63,703 nucleotides of DNA, filler included, from Basidiobolus meristosporus CBS 931.73 (GCA_002104905.1; 4 parts of 4 records of this genome joined end to end with filler, not necessarily neighbours in it), one strand, 5' to 3'; positions 1 to 11,650 are shown, numbered from the whole stretch's first letter. Notes: generated by a model from the sequence alone, not told the origin. Program-made: numbers and translations.

Positions 1-62
1 AGGTGTTCGATCAGTAGTGTTCAAGTGATCGGTAGTGACTAGTTAGGATTTAAATCATAACA
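1..62 (-). mobile_element. Ty3/gypsy LTR, first 62 bp (cut by window edge)
   Basis: Exact reverse complement of 10194-10255; begins TGTTATGA on the minus strand; lies 11 bp from the 5' end of tRNA-Arg. Confidence 0.9.
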
Positions 63-73
63 ACTCGCCTGTG

Positions 74-146
74 GCCCTAATAGCCTAATGGATATGGCGT
101 CGCCCTCCTAAGGCGGAGGTTCTAGGTTCGAGTCCTAGTTAGGGTG
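74..146 (+). tRNA. tRNA-Arg-CCT: tRNA-Arg (anticodon CCT)
   Basis: Manual cloverleaf: acceptor GCCCTAA/TTAGGGT, anticodon arm TCGCC-CTCCTAA-GGCGG, T-loop TTCGAGT; TTTT terminator about 10 bp downstream. Confidence 0.95.
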
Positions 147-710
147 AACATTACTTTTGATCTGATGAACGAATTGACCTATACAATCGAAAGAAGGTAG
201 CGACATACAGGGTCTGTCGATCTATGCACTTGATACTACAGATTCAAGATCTTGTCTACTCTGCCTAATTGTGTGTATTCATAGCTGTTATACGGATAGC
301 AAAACACAAACTATGGCTGTTAATAATGCTTTACCAAAGAAGGCAAGAATGCTCATTATATCTCAGACTACTAGCAAGAAGGAGGCTTTGTAAAGCGGTT
401 TTGGGTAGGTTGGTAGTCATTGTACTCGCCCACCACTACTGAATATATGTCTATAATCAGCAACATACTGTAATAAGTGAAGCAACACAGAATTGCAACC
501 GAGGTAGCCAATCGAAGGAATCGATATCTTATTTAATGATGATGTGAATAGCTATTCTGAACAAGAGGGGAATTTCGAATTTCATTGGATATAGCGTGCA
601 CAAAAGTGAAAATGATTGATCACACAAGGGTACGATTCTACTTGACAAATTCCATTACTGTATGTACTGGTAGGGTAGGTGAGGAATCGTGTACGAATAT
701 TTACGAATAT

Positions 711-792
711 GGCAAGATGGCCGAGTGGTCCAAGGCGCTGCGTTTAGGCCGCAGTCTCTCCGGAGGCGTGGGTTCGAACCCCACTCTTGTCA
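711..792 (+). tRNA. tRNA-Leu-TAG: tRNA-Leu (TAG)
   Basis: GGCAAGA/TCTTGTC acceptor, CTGCG-TTTAGGC-CGCAG anticodon arm, long variable arm, TTCGAAC T-loop, T-run downstream. Confidence 0.95.
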
Positions 793-1119
793 ATAATTTT
801 TGGGAGATTCTATTTTCAAATTATTCGTTCTATTTACCAACTAATTTATATAATTTTGTGTTTGCTCCATGAAAGGAGAGGCTTTGCTATATCATAGTCC
901 CCCAAGAGGCTCTTAAAGCCAATGAGACATATACGTGCATGCCCTGAGCTGTCCAAATCGAAAAATATAGCAATGTTGAAGTGGTTTTCCAGATTTGCCC
1001 ACCCAAGCGTAGCACTCTCATCCAGAGCAATGGTATGCACAAAAACATAAATGAAAGAGTATTTGTGGCGTATTATTTGTGAGAAAATATTCTTTTTAGA
1101 ATATAGGGAACTTACATAC

Positions 1120-1201
1120 GACGGTCTGTCCGAGTGGTTAAGGAGACAGACTCGAAATCTGTTGGGCTCTGCCCGCACAGGTTCAAATCCTGTGGCCGTC
1201 G
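1120..1201 (+). tRNA. tRNA-Ser-CGA: tRNA-Ser (CGA)
   Basis: GACGGTC/GGCCGTC acceptor, ACAGA-CTCGAAA-TCTGT anticodon arm, long variable arm, TTCAAAT T-loop, T7 terminator. Confidence 0.95.
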
Positions 1202-1474
1202 GTTTTTTTGTGAACAATTTTATATTTTCTAAGAGAGTAAGGAAAGTGTCTGTAATGATCCGAATAAATACAGGTGAAGCCTTTCCCCATCCTTTAGATT
1301 GGTTCAGTCACCTTTGCATCGTTTAGGATGTATACGGACTGACCCCTCATAGAGTATCATCATAATTTATGAGGCAAATCCGAAAGTAATTCTAAAAATG
1401 TATATATTTTCGATAATATGAATATCATATTGCGAATGATGATTCAAACTGGAAAACCAAATCGTAAATGAAAA

Positions 1475-1570
1475 GCTCCAGTAGCAAAGTGGTTAATGCG
1501 TCGTGCTTATAGAGTAACTCTCTATACTTGAGACACGCGAAGGTCGCGGGTTCGATCCCCGCCTGGAGCA
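1475..1570 (+). tRNA. tRNA-Ile-TAT: tRNA-Ile (TAT) with 23-nt intron
   Basis: GCTCCAG/CTGGAGC acceptor; TCGTG-CT-TAT-A[GAGTAACTCTCTATACTTGAGAC]A-CGCGA; intron after position 37 contains CTATA, complementary to the anticodon loop. Confidence 0.93.
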
Positions 1571-1952
1571 TTGATTTTGCACCCTTCTCCGTTTATATTT
1601 TGTGTATCAAGGTAAGAGCAATCAATGAACCTCTGAGATGACGACAATTCTGCAAATATCAGATAGTGATTCCACTGGTGTTACCCACTTTCTCTCACCT
1701 CAAAGACCAGTCGATGCCGTTTGCCTTTTGACTTCGACAGCCATCGGCATCCTATGTAAGAAATGGTACTCATTATGTTTATTAGTCGCTCTTGCACTGT
1801 ACACAGCAATTCACCCTTGCCATGCGCCTGCAGCGTTAGCCCCTCTCTCTGCCATCATCTATGCCGAATAGCCAGGAAACAGGTAGTGATTCCACTAAGC
1901 TACTCATAGAAGTAACTATGATGATATTGTGCCGGATAAGGGATGTATATGA

Positions 1953-2034
1953 GGCAAGATGGCCGAGTGGTCCAAGGCGCTGCGTTTAGGCCGCAGTCTC
2001 TCCGGAGGCGTGGGTTCGAACCCCACTCTTGTCA
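1953..2034 (+). tRNA. tRNA-Leu-TAG: tRNA-Leu (TAG), second copy
   Basis: Identical to 711-792 with different flanks. Confidence 0.95.
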
Positions 2035-3223
2035 TCAATTTTTGATACACAATCCGCCCAATGCTATCGGGGTCATCTCCGCACTGGGTGGTCATACACC
2101 AATTGAAGCAAACGTGTGTTTTTTTGTGGCAATGGCTCGGATCTGATGGTCAATCTGCTTTGCTGGCTATCTTTGAACAGCTCCTTCGGCCGTCTTGCGT
2201 GCATCTCTCTGAATCCTATTTTCCTGTCCATTGGGGCGGGATGTGGGCCCTAGTTAGCTTAAAAGATCAAAGTTGACATTACGCACCGGGTGGGGTCCAG
2301 TGCACCGATGGTTGCACATGAGGTGTCAGTCATGCCATGGTGTTCAGCCATTTGGGGCGAGCTTACTAGTGCCTTCAAGCCAGTGCCATGTGTTAGAGCC
2401 GAGGTCACCAATAAGATCGGTTTGGATCATGCAGTCAATCCCGGCTGATAGTCATTTGAGGGTTTAACTCGATACAGGCTATTGTTCATTCAGGCTGCCT
2501 GAGTGAATACTCTGGTTGGATTAGTAATTGGCTGATGCGTCTGAACATGCAACCAGAGTTGGATCAAAGCAGATACGACCCTCCTTCCCGGGTGATATCC
2601 AAATCGCTATTCTAGTTCCCTAGCACTACCGGCGTTTCTACGTACTTTCCAATGCTTCTGCCCAAATGGCCGTATTCTCGGTATCCCTAACCCTTTATGA
2701 GATCAGTACTGTGATTGTGATTGGCATCGGAAACGTGAGTGCGATTAGGGTTCGGTGAAAAATAATCATTTTGCCTCAACTATGCCAAACATCTGGATCT
2801 TTGGTAGCATAAAATTTTAGCATAACCCGTGAGTCTTACTGTTACCCATTTACACTCCCCCAAGTAATTGTCGTGGAGGGTTTGAACTGTGGACCCAAGA
2901 TACTGCCCTCTTTCTCAACGGCCACACTCAAACCACTGCACTAACAGTAGTATATATGAATCTATCCCTTTCAATCCTAGTATTTAAGTATTGTTCCAAG
3001 ATTCATTTGGAGCTGACTTGGGTGGGTAGGAGAAGGGATCTTACTTTCCCTAGCCCATTCAAAGTCAATGGATTAAGCGCGGCTCTTTATAATTGCATAT
3101 TAGATGGATAACTGGATTGTGAATCACAAATCAGGGGGTAATAATGTGAAAGGGTTGGGATTAGCCAGCCTGCCATATACTAACTTAATGAAGGGATCCT
3201 TTAAATGAAGAATTCCCATGGTC

Positions 3224-3294
3224 GCATACTTGGTTTAGTGGTATAATTACCGCCTGCCACGCGGTAGACCGGGGTTCGATTCCCCGAGTATGCA
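3224..3294 (+). tRNA. tRNA-Gly-GCC: tRNA-Gly (GCC)
   Basis: GCATACT/AGTATGC acceptor, ACCGC-CTGCCAC-GCGGT anticodon arm, TTCGATT T-loop, TTTT immediately after. Confidence 0.95.
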
Positions 3295-3644
3295 TTTTAG
3301 TTCTGTTGGTATATGTAATACTCTGCCGTTCCATTTGCTCTGCACAACTCCAGGTGGCTGTGTGTGTGGTCAGTTTTGTGGTGCAGGCGCCTCTCGCTTG
3401 GTTCGTGCAGAAAGCTTTAGCAACGCTTTTGGAGTATGATATGGTTCCCTTTTGTTGGCTCTAAAGTGATGGGAGAGGTTGTCCTTTACGGTACGCCTAG
3501 TATCGATCCATCCTATCTACCGCCATTCTCATATATCTCGCTCCCCGGGATATCGGGACGTTGGATGATGTGACGCTCAGATACTGATGATCCGGTGAAT
3601 TTAGATGGGTATGATTTTAATTCCTAACCCTTTTTCACCAGCAA

Positions 3645-3740
3645 GCTCCAGTAGCAAAGTGGTTAATGCGTCGTGCTTATAGAGTAACTCTCTATACTTG
3701 AGACACGCGAAGGTCGCGGGTTCGATCCCCGCCTGGAGCA
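3645..3740 (+). tRNA. tRNA-Ile-TAT: tRNA-Ile (TAT) with intron, second copy
   Basis: Identical to 1475-1570 including the intron; flanks differ. Confidence 0.92.
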
Positions 3741-4079
3741 TCGATTTTGCTTCCATCTCGGCCCGGTATTTTTATCTCGCAGATTGGCGAACCCTTCGAG
3801 ATCATCAAGGATACCTCTCTTACCTGGAAAATATCGTCCTCCCCCAATCCCCCGTTCTGGTGGGTGCGCTCTTGCTTGAACATATCTCCATCTAGCCAAC
3901 TGCAGCCATGCTCCCCATTATTGATCTCCATCCCCGATCCTCCTCCTCCTACACCCACTATCATAGCCGTCCTGCAACGTGCCTCATACTATTCACCCCT
4001 CCGCCCGTCCACCCGCTCCGGGTAGAATGTGTTATATACCATTTAGATATTACCAAACTCTGCTCCGAAATCTCCCCTC

Positions 4080-4436
4080 ACTCGCTGTTGCCTAATAGGC
4101 TAATGGATATGGCGGATCGCCCTCCTAAGGCGGAGGTTATCTAGAGTTCGAGTCCTAGTTAGGTTGAACATTACTTTTGATCTGATGAACGAATTGACCT
4201 ATAGCAATCGAAAGAAGGTAGCGACATACAGGAGGTCTGTCGATCTATGCACTTGATACTACAGATTCAAGATCTTGTCTACTCGTGCCTAATTCAGGTG
4301 TTCGTATTCATAGCTGTTATACGGATAGCAAACACAAACTATGGCTGTTAATAATGCTTTACCAAGAAGGCAAGAATGCTCATTATATCTCAGATCTTCT
4401 AGCAAGAGGAGGCTTGTAAAGCGGTTTTGGTTAGGT
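4080..4436 (+). pseudogene. Indel-rich copy of 63-~415, including a broken tRNA-Arg(CCT) at ~4090-4166
   Basis: Colinear with 63-415 but with many 1-2 bp indels (e.g. TAGCAATCG vs TACAATCG), resembling an unpolished single long read. Confidence 0.75.
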
Positions 4437-7277
4437 TGGTGTCATTGGGTTTTTTAGCTGTGCTTCCTTTAGTCGGTCTCTATGCACTAGGTCCTCCTTT
4501 ACTTTACCTGACATGTCTGCGAGTTGAAATGTATTGAAGGGCATTTCTCTTGTGATAATAAAGGGTCCAACCCAATGTGGTTCTAGTTTTAGCCTACTTT
4601 CATTTCGGACTAATACAAGTTTTCCCAAAGTTAAGGGTTTTGTTACCACTGTTTTGTTGTACTGTTCTTTCATCTTCTCTGCTTGTCGTTTTAAATTCTT
4701 GATGGCATCATGTCTTGCATGTCCTAATTCTTCCAGTTCCCTTGTTCTGAATTCTGCCAAGTCTTTTTGGTTCTTTAAGTCCCAGATGTATGGTGGTAAG
4801 GTATCACCTGGGATTCTTGGATGTGTACCATACACTAGGTAGAAGGGGGACTTTTGTGTTGCTGAATGGACTCTAATACGACAGGCAAAGAGTGCTTGAT
4901 GTACAAATTCATCCCACTTATGTTTGGCTCCTTTGACATAAGTAGTCAGCATCTTCCCAAAGAGTCCATTGAACCTCTCTGTGACCCCATTTGTTCTAGG
5001 GTGGTATGCTGATGTCTTCAAATGTCTAACCCCCATTATCTGAAGGTATTCTTTCAAGGTTTGTTCCAAAAAGTTTGCTCCTCTGTCAGACAGAATTTCA
5101 CCTGGGCATCCAAACTGCATAAAGATTTCCAGGTAAAGGAATTTTGCAACATTTTTTGCAGTAGCTGCTGGCATGGCTTTTGCTATACACCACTTAGTGG
5201 TATGGTCAATTGCAGTTATGATCCACTTGTTCCCTCTTGAAGTTTCAGGCAATATTCCAATGAAGTCAATTCCCCATCTGTAGAATGCTGGAACTGGAGT
5301 CAGTGGTTCTAATGGGGCATGTTCCTTGTTGTATGGTCTAGCCAGCTGGCACTCAGGGCAGGTCTTGAGGGTCTCAGCTATAAATTGTTTGAGTTTAGGC
5401 CACCAGGCTCTCCTTTTAGTTATTTCATAAGTTCCTTGGATGCCCAGATGTCCAAAGGCTTTATGATTCTTGATTATCATGTCACCTCTGTATACAAATG
5501 GAATATATGGTACAGGCCCTATTTCTTCCATGTGTCTGTAAAGTACCTCGTCTTCACCATATGAGAAATTCTCTGCTTCTTTCTTAATCTTGACCCTTAC
5601 TTCCTGTGATAAATCTTCTGGCATTGTCTGACTTGCCAAGTACTCTGGCATGTATTCTGGCCAGTCCAACTCATGATCTACCATTGATATATGTTGCCTT
5701 GAGAGTGCATCAGCAACTGTATTCTTTGGCCCAGGGAGGTAGTGGATTTTAAAATCAAATTGTTGTAGTTCTTCAATCCATCTAGTTATTCTTCTGGATA
5801 ATAGCTTCTGGGTGTGAATGTATCTTAGGGATGCATGATCTGTATATACCACAAAGTGTTTGCCCTCCAAGTAGCATCTCCACACTCTCAGACAATGTAG
5901 TATGGCATAGAGTTCTTTTTCATGGACTGGGTAGTTTTGTTCAGTTACTGATAGCTTTTTGGACTCATAAGCAACCGGGTGTTCTTTTTGAGTCAGTACC
6001 CCTCCAACAGCTAGATCTGAAGCATCAGTGTATACACAGAAAGGTTCTGAGAAATCAGGCAACTGAAGCACAGGGGTTTGGCATAGCTTTTCTTTCAGAG
6101 TTAGGAAAGCTGTCTCACAGTTTGGGGTCCATATATAGTCTTTCTCTTTTTTGGTCAAGTCTGTAAGGGGGGCTGCAATAGTTGCAAAGTCCCTGATGAA
6201 TCTTCTGTAATATGATGCAAGTCCCAGGAAGGATCTCATTTCAGTGAGTGACTTTGGGGCTTCCCATTTCTGGATAGCATCTATCTTGGCTGGATCCATG
6301 TGTAGTCCTTTATCTGAGATTATGTGACCAAGGTATTCAACTGATCTGGTGAGGAATTCACACTTAGGAAGTTGTGCATATAGCTTGTGCTTTTTTAGTA
6401 TAGCCAGTACTGTCTTCAAGTGCTTCATGTGGTCATCCATGCTGGTACTATAGATCAGAATGTCATCTAAGTAGACCAGGACAAATTTCTCTAAATATGG
6501 TTCCAGGATGCTATTCATGAGTGTCTGAAATGTTGCTGGGGCATTAGTCAGGCCAAAGCTCATCACAACAAACTCATAATGACCATATCTTGTGTTGAAT
6601 GCTGTCTTAGAGGTGTCTTCAGGCTTAATTCTGATTTGGTGATATCCAGATGCCAGGTCTATTTTAGAGAATATCTTTGCCTTCCCCAGTTGGTCAAAGA
6701 GGGCATCAATTCTTGGTAATGGGTAGGAATTTCTGACAGTGATTGCATTTAGGGCCCTGTAGTCCACACAGAACCGTAGCTTCCCATCCTTCTTTGGAGC
6801 AAAGAGTACTGGAGCTCCCCATGGTGATTTACTGGGTTTTATCCAGCCTTTAGCCAGGTAGTCCTTCAATGTTTCCTTCAAAGTCTCCATTTCCTTTGGG
6901 GAGAACTTATATGGGGCTCTGTTTCTTGGTTTATCATCTGTTACTTCTATGGCATGGTCAATCTCTCTGCTTGGGGGTAGTGCAGGGATTTCCTTGGGAA
7001 AAACCTCTTGAAACTCTGCTAACAAGGTCTTGAGCCTGTCATTTGTCACTTCTGTGGTCTCTTGGATTTTGGCAAAGGCTATCATGTGCAACAGTTTGGG
7101 ATTCTGTCTGATAGAGTGGGCAAACTGTTTCTTTGATATGGTGTGTTCTGGTGCATTGCCTTTGTCCAGGGTTGGTTTGGGTGACAGATGATATTTTGCA
7201 TCATCCTTGTTGATTACAACTTCCTGAGTCTGCCAGTTTATGTCAGGATTGTGCTTTCTTAGCCAAGTTGTCCACAT
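4431..7277 (-). CDS. Ty3/gypsy Pol (RT-RNaseH-integrase), mirror copy truncated at both ends
   Basis: Same RT (YLDD), RNase H and integrase motifs as the + copy; lacks the last ~20 codons. Confidence 0.8.
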   Translation of the reverse strand: MWTTWLRKHNPDINWQTQEVVINKDDAKYHLSPKPTLDKGNAPEHTISKKQFAHSIRQNPKLLHMIAFAKIQETTEVTNDRLKTLLAEFQEVFPKEIPALPPSREIDHAIEVTDDKPRNRAPYKFSPKEMETLKETLKDYLAKGWIKPSKSPWGAPVLFAPKKDGKLRFCVDYRALNAITVRNSYPLPRIDALFDQLGKAKIFSKIDLASGYHQIRIKPEDTSKTAFNTRYGHYEFVVMSFGLTNAPATFQTLMNSILEPYLEKFVLVYLDDILIYSTSMDDHMKHLKTVLAILKKHKLYAQLPKCEFLTRSVEYLGHIISDKGLHMDPAKIDAIQKWEAPKSLTEMRSFLGLASYYRRFIRDFATIAAPLTDLTKKEKDYIWTPNCETAFLTLKEKLCQTPVLQLPDFSEPFCVYTDASDLAVGGVLTQKEHPVAYESKKLSVTEQNYPVHEKELYAILHCLRVWRCYLEGKHFVVYTDHASLRYIHTQKLLSRRITRWIEELQQFDFKIHYLPGPKNTVADALSRQHISMVDHELDWPEYMPEYLASQTMPEDLSQEVRVKIKKEAENFSYGEDEVLYRHMEEIGPVPYIPFVYRGDMIIKNHKAFGHLGIQGTYEITKRRAWWPKLKQFIAETLKTCPECQLARPYNKEHAPLEPLTPVPAFYRWGIDFIGILPETSRGNKWIITAIDHTTKWCIAKAMPAATAKNVAKFLYLEIFMQFGCPGEILSDRGANFLEQTLKEYLQIMGVRHLKTSAYHPRTNGVTERFNGLFGKMLTTYVKGAKHKWDEFVHQALFACRIRVHSATQKSPFYLVYGTHPRIPGDTLPPYIWDLKNQKDLAEFRTRELEELGHARHDAIKNLKRQAEKMKEQYNKTVVTKPLTLGKLVLVRNESRLKLEPHWVGPFIITREMPFNTFQLADMSGKVKEDLVHRDRLKEAQLKNPMTPT

Positions 7278-10120
7278 GTGGGATTCAAACTTGGCTAAGA
7301 AAGCACAATCCTGACATAAACTGGCAGACTCAGGAAGTTGTAATCAACAAGGATGATGCAAAATATCATCTGTCACCCAAACCAACCCTGGACAAAGGCA
7401 ATGCACCAGAACACACCATATCAAAGAAACAGTTTGCCCACTCTATCAGACAGAATCCCAAACTGTTGCACATGATAGCCTTTGCCAAAATCCAAGAGAC
7501 CACAGAAGTGACAAATGACAGGCTCAAGACCTTGTTAGCAGAGTTTCAAGAGGTTTTTCCCAAGGAAATCCCTGCACTACCCCCAAGCAGAGAGATTGAC
7601 CATGCCATAGAAGTAACAGATGATAAACCAAGAAACAGAGCCCCATATAAGTTCTCCCCAAAGGAAATGGAGACTTTGAAGGAAACATTGAAGGACTACC
7701 TGGCTAAAGGCTGGATAAAACCCAGTAAATCACCATGGGGAGCTCCAGTACTCTTTGCTCCAAAGAAGGATGGGAAGCTACGGTTCTGTGTGGACTACAG
7801 GGCCCTAAATGCAATCACTGTCAGAAATTCCTACCCATTACCAAGAATTGATGCCCTCTTTGACCAACTGGGGAAGGCAAAGATATTCTCTAAAATAGAC
7901 CTGGCATCTGGATATCACCAAATCAGAATTAAGCCTGAAGACACCTCTAAGACAGCATTCAACACAAGATATGGTCATTATGAGTTTGTTGTGATGAGCT
8001 TTGGCCTGACTAATGCCCCAGCAACATTTCAGACACTCATGAATAGCATCCTGGAACCATATTTAGAGAAATTTGTCCTGGTCTACTTAGATGACATTCT
8101 GATCTATAGTACCAGCATGGATGACCACATGAAGCACTTGAAGACAGTACTGGCTATACTAAAAAAGCACAAGCTATATGCACAACTTCCTAAGTGTGAA
8201 TTCCTCACCAGATCAGTTGAATACCTTGGTCACATAATCTCAGATAAAGGACTACACATGGATCCAGCCAAGATAGATGCTATCCAGAAATGGGAAGCCC
8301 CAAAGTCACTCACTGAAATGAGATCCTTCCTGGGACTTGCATCATATTACAGAAGATTCATCAGGGACTTTGCAACTATTGCAGCCCCCCTTACAGACTT
8401 GACCAAAAAAGAGAAAGACTATATATGGACCCCAAACTGTGAGACAGCTTTCCTAACTCTGAAAGAAAAGCTATGCCAAACCCCTGTGCTTCAGTTGCCT
8501 GATTTCTCAGAACCTTTCTGTGTATACACTGATGCTTCAGATCTAGCTGTTGGAGGGGTACTGACTCAAAAAGAACACCCGGTTGCTTATGAGTCCAAAA
8601 AGCTATCAGTAACTGAACAAAACTACCCAGTCCATGAAAAAGAACTCTATGCCATACTACATTGTCTGAGAGTGTGGAGATGCTACTTGGAGGGCAAACA
8701 CTTTGTGGTATATACAGATCATGCATCCCTAAGATACATTCACACCCAGAAGCTATTATCCAGAAGAATAACTAGATGGATTGAAGAACTACAACAATTT
8801 GATTTTAAAATCCACTACCTCCCTGGGCCAAAGAATACAGTTGCTGATGCACTCTCAAGGCAACATATATCAATGGTAGATCATGAGTTGGACTGGCCAG
8901 AATACATGCCAGAGTACTTGGCAAGTCAGACAATGCCAGAAGATTTATCACAGGAAGTAAGGGTCAAGATTAAGAAAGAAGCAGAGAATTTCTCATATGG
9001 TGAAGACGAGGTACTTTACAGACACATGGAAGAAATAGGGCCTGTACCATATATTCCATTTGTATACAGAGGTGACATGATAATCAAGAATCATAAAGCC
9101 TTTGGACATCTGGGCATCCAAGGAACTTATGAAATAACTAAAAGGAGAGCCTGGTGGCCTAAACTCAAACAATTTATAGCTGAGACCCTCAAGACCTGCC
9201 CTGAGTGCCAGCTGGCTAGACCATACAACAAGGAACATGCCCCATTAGAACCACTGACTCCAGTTCCAGCATTCTACAGATGGGGAATTGACTTCATTGG
9301 AATATTGCCTGAAACTTCAAGAGGGAACAAGTGGATCATAACTGCAATTGACCATACCACTAAGTGGTGTATAGCAAAAGCCATGCCAGCAGCTACTGCA
9401 AAAAATGTTGCAAAATTCCTTTACCTGGAAATCTTTATGCAGTTTGGATGCCCAGGTGAAATTCTGTCTGACAGAGGAGCAAACTTTTTGGAACAAACCT
9501 TGAAAGAATACCTTCAGATAATGGGGGTTAGACATTTGAAGACATCAGCATACCACCCTAGAACAAATGGGGTCACAGAGAGGTTCAATGGACTCTTTGG
9601 GAAGATGCTGACTACTTATGTCAAAGGAGCCAAACATAAGTGGGATGAATTTGTACATCAAGCACTCTTTGCCTGTCGTATTAGAGTCCATTCAGCAACA
9701 CAAAAGTCCCCCTTCTACCTAGTGTATGGTACACATCCAAGAATCCCAGGTGATACCTTACCACCATACATCTGGGACTTAAAGAACCAAAAAGACTTGG
9801 CAGAATTCAGAACAAGGGAACTGGAAGAATTAGGACATGCAAGACATGATGCCATCAAGAATTTAAAACGACAAGCAGAGAAGATGAAAGAACAGTACAA
9901 CAAAACAGTGGTAACAAAACCCTTAACTTTGGGAAAACTTGTATTAGTCCGAAATGAAAGTAGGCTAAAACTAGAACCACATTGGGTTGGACCCTTTATT
10001 ATCACAAGAGAAATGCCCTTCAATACATTTCAACTCGCAGACATGTCAGGTAAAGTAAAGGAGGACCTAGTGCATAGAGACCGACTAAAGGAAGCACAGC
10101 TAAAAAACCCAATGACACCA
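4437..10120. repeat. Foldback inverted duplication of Ty3 pol: arms 4437-7269 and 7288-10120 (2833 bp each), apex palindrome CCACATGTGG at 7272-7281
   Basis: ORFs 4431-7277(-) and 7268-10183(+) have identical translations apart from their ends; all shadow ORFs are mirrored; arms matched in every spot check. Confidence 0.95.
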
Positions 10121-10183
10121 CCAACCAAATACTGGTATTACAAGTCCGATAGACAGGACTCTTCAGGAGAAGAACCTCTTTAA
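7268..10183 (+). CDS. Ty3/gypsy Pol (RT-RNaseH-integrase), 5'-truncated (no gag or protease), no chromodomain
   Basis: [43 protein letters not shown] RNase H, H..H..CPEC zinc finger, WGIDF / SDRG / NG..ERFN D-D-E triad, GPF motif. Confidence 0.95.
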   Translation: MSTCGIQTWLRKHNPDINWQTQEVVINKDDAKYHLSPKPTLDKGNAPEHTISKKQFAHSIRQNPKLLHMIAFAKIQETTEVTNDRLKTLLAEFQEVFPKEIPALPPSREIDHAIEVTDDKPRNRAPYKFSPKEMETLKETLKDYLAKGWIKPSKSPWGAPVLFAPKKDGKLRFCVDYRALNAITVRNSYPLPRIDALFDQLGKAKIFSKIDLASGYHQIRIKPEDTSKTAFNTRYGHYEFVVMSFGLTNAPATFQTLMNSILEPYLEKFVLVYLDDILIYSTSMDDHMKHLKTVLAILKKHKLYAQLPKCEFLTRSVEYLGHIISDKGLHMDPAKIDAIQKWEAPKSLTEMRSFLGLASYYRRFIRDFATIAAPLTDLTKKEKDYIWTPNCETAFLTLKEKLCQTPVLQLPDFSEPFCVYTDASDLAVGGVLTQKEHPVAYESKKLSVTEQNYPVHEKELYAILHCLRVWRCYLEGKHFVVYTDHASLRYIHTQKLLSRRITRWIEELQQFDFKIHYLPGPKNTVADALSRQHISMVDHELDWPEYMPEYLASQTMPEDLSQEVRVKIKKEAENFSYGEDEVLYRHMEEIGPVPYIPFVYRGDMIIKNHKAFGHLGIQGTYEITKRRAWWPKLKQFIAETLKTCPECQLARPYNKEHAPLEPLTPVPAFYRWGIDFIGILPETSRGNKWIITAIDHTTKWCIAKAMPAATAKNVAKFLYLEIFMQFGCPGEILSDRGANFLEQTLKEYLQIMGVRHLKTSAYHPRTNGVTERFNGLFGKMLTTYVKGAKHKWDEFVHQALFACRIRVHSATQKSPFYLVYGTHPRIPGDTLPPYIWDLKNQKDLAEFRTRELEELGHARHDAIKNLKRQAEKMKEQYNKTVVTKPLTLGKLVLVRNESRLKLEPHWVGPFIITREMPFNTFQLADMSGKVKEDLVHRDRLKEAQLKNPMTPPTKYWYYKSDRQDSSGEEPL

Positions 10184-10193
10184 GTGTGGGAGT

Positions 10194-10504
10194 ATGTTAT
10201 GATTTAAATCCTAACTAGTCACTACCGATCACTTGAACACTACTGATCGAACACCTGGAATTCCACACAGACGATCAATCGCACTCAGTGATACACACGT
10301 TATTTAATACATCTTGAACCCTCCTTTTGGAAGCTTGCCCTACGTTATCGGAAGCTCTCCCTCCGAGGCTATCTCTATATAAACTCCTTTGAACACTATC
10401 AATAAAGCATCAACCTTTTACCGGTTCATCAACTATTCAGATAACCTCTCTGATTCGTATTGGACATCCTCCGGTCCTCCTCCGCTTGCCCTCGATTCAT
10501 AACA
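10194..10504 (+). mobile_element. 3' LTR of the Ty3 element (311 bp)
   Basis: Termini TGTTATGA...TCATAACA; purine-rich AAGTGTGGGAGTA just upstream (PPT); internal TATATAAA (~10376) and AATAAA (10401). Confidence 0.9.
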
Positions 10505-10699
10505 CGTTTTTGGTACCAAGATGGAATCTTACCCAAATCTACTTTCCCCATGAAAGCCTCCAAAATGAAACTTGCTGCTTCCTTGAACGATATTTCTAGT
10601 AGCCATTTATAGTTCTGAAATATCTACATTCATCTATGATCCTCCACCTCTTAATCTTGAATTGGCGGATGGAAAGAATTGCGAGATAATAAAAATTTA

Positions 10700-10770
10700 T
10701 GCCATTGCTCGGAATCGAACCGAGGTCGACGCGGCCACAACGCGATGTACTGCCACTATACTACAATGGC
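10700..10770 (-). tRNA. tRNA-His-GTG: tRNA-His (GTG)
   Basis: Minus strand: GCCATTG/CAATGGC acceptor, TCGCG-TTGTGGC-CGCGT, TTCGATT T-loop, T-run terminator. Confidence 0.95.
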
Positions 10771-11156
10771 TTTATGTACTACTTCGGTCAACTATTATTT
10801 TTAGTGTTTTACCGTCTGACATTGATCACCCAGTTAACGAAATACAAAGCATGTAACTACAACTGTCAAGAAAGCGATCCGTGTGTATTGTAGAAACTTG
10901 TGTTTGCTATCACGTTCACTTTTTATTGTTCTTTTACCGAGGAGAAATTGTGAGGGTGGATTGACATATACACCAGGCTTATTGAAATGCTAATTCATAG
11001 GTAGGGAAAGCTGGTATTGTACGACTAGGGAATGTAACAAGAGAGGTCAGAAATAATACTAGTTGCTCGATTTATATTGAGACAAGTCCTTCATTCATAC
11101 GTCTTTACTGAAAACAAAATGGTATACAAATTTAAATGTGGACTGGATAGTAATTA

Positions 11157-11229
11157 GCTTTCGTAGTGTAGTGGTTATCACGTGTCCTTCACACGGACAA
11201 GGTCCTCGGTTCGAACCCGAGCGAAAGCA
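11157..11229 (+). tRNA. tRNA-Val-CAC: tRNA-Val (CAC)
   Basis: GCTTTCG/CGAAAGC acceptor, TGTCC-TTCACAC-GGACA, TTCGAAC T-loop. Confidence 0.94.
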
Positions 11230-11578
11230 ATTTTACCTTTTTTCAAGATGAATAGATGATGGACAAGTATAGATTACGCACAAATTACAGAAGCATGGTG
11301 GGACCTTCATTATATCCTAAACTTACGATGCTTTGAAGGGTGAGAGTGTTTGATTATAGAATCAATTAAGATTCCACCCTAAGATGGCCAGTCGTTATGT
11401 CTTTCTGATAGTCTGCTATATTTCATCACTATATCACAGAAGTCATTGTTGGTTGAAATAGGATAGCTCAAACAGACTCGCCCAACATCTCAGAAAAGGT
11501 AAACCCTTTCTCTTGCCTAGGAAAGAAGCATAATAGTACTTTGATAAGCCAAGTAGCCGGGAATGTTGATGAAAGCTA

Positions 11579-11650
11579 GCCTGTATAGCACAGTGGTAGT
11601 GCGTCAGTCTTGTAAACTGAAGGTCGGTGGTTCAATCCCGCCTGCAGGCA
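11579..11650 (+). tRNA. tRNA-Thr-TGT: tRNA-Thr (TGT)
   Basis: GCCTGTA/TGCAGGC acceptor, TCAGT-CTTGTAA-ACTGA, TTCAATC T-loop, T5 terminator. Confidence 0.95.

Noticed and set aside
585-1326. ORFs 585-872, 846-1217 and 1051-1326, and similar ones at 1943, 3663-3964, 10662-10893, 11815-12079 and 12568-12901
   Set aside because: They are chance frames through tRNA genes and their flanks.
2050-3200. Inter-tRNA sequence that might be a decayed coding or TE remnant
   Set aside because: Manual translation of several frames gave no recognisable motif.
3560-3595. ATGATG...CTGA resembling C/D snoRNA boxes
   Set aside because: Too short (~35 nt), imperfect C box and no convincing terminal stem.
10505-10525. 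TGGTACCAAG after the 3' LTR, resembling a PBS
   Set aside because: It follows the 3' LTR, is offset by 6 bp, has no gag downstream, and matches no tRNA 3' end seen here.
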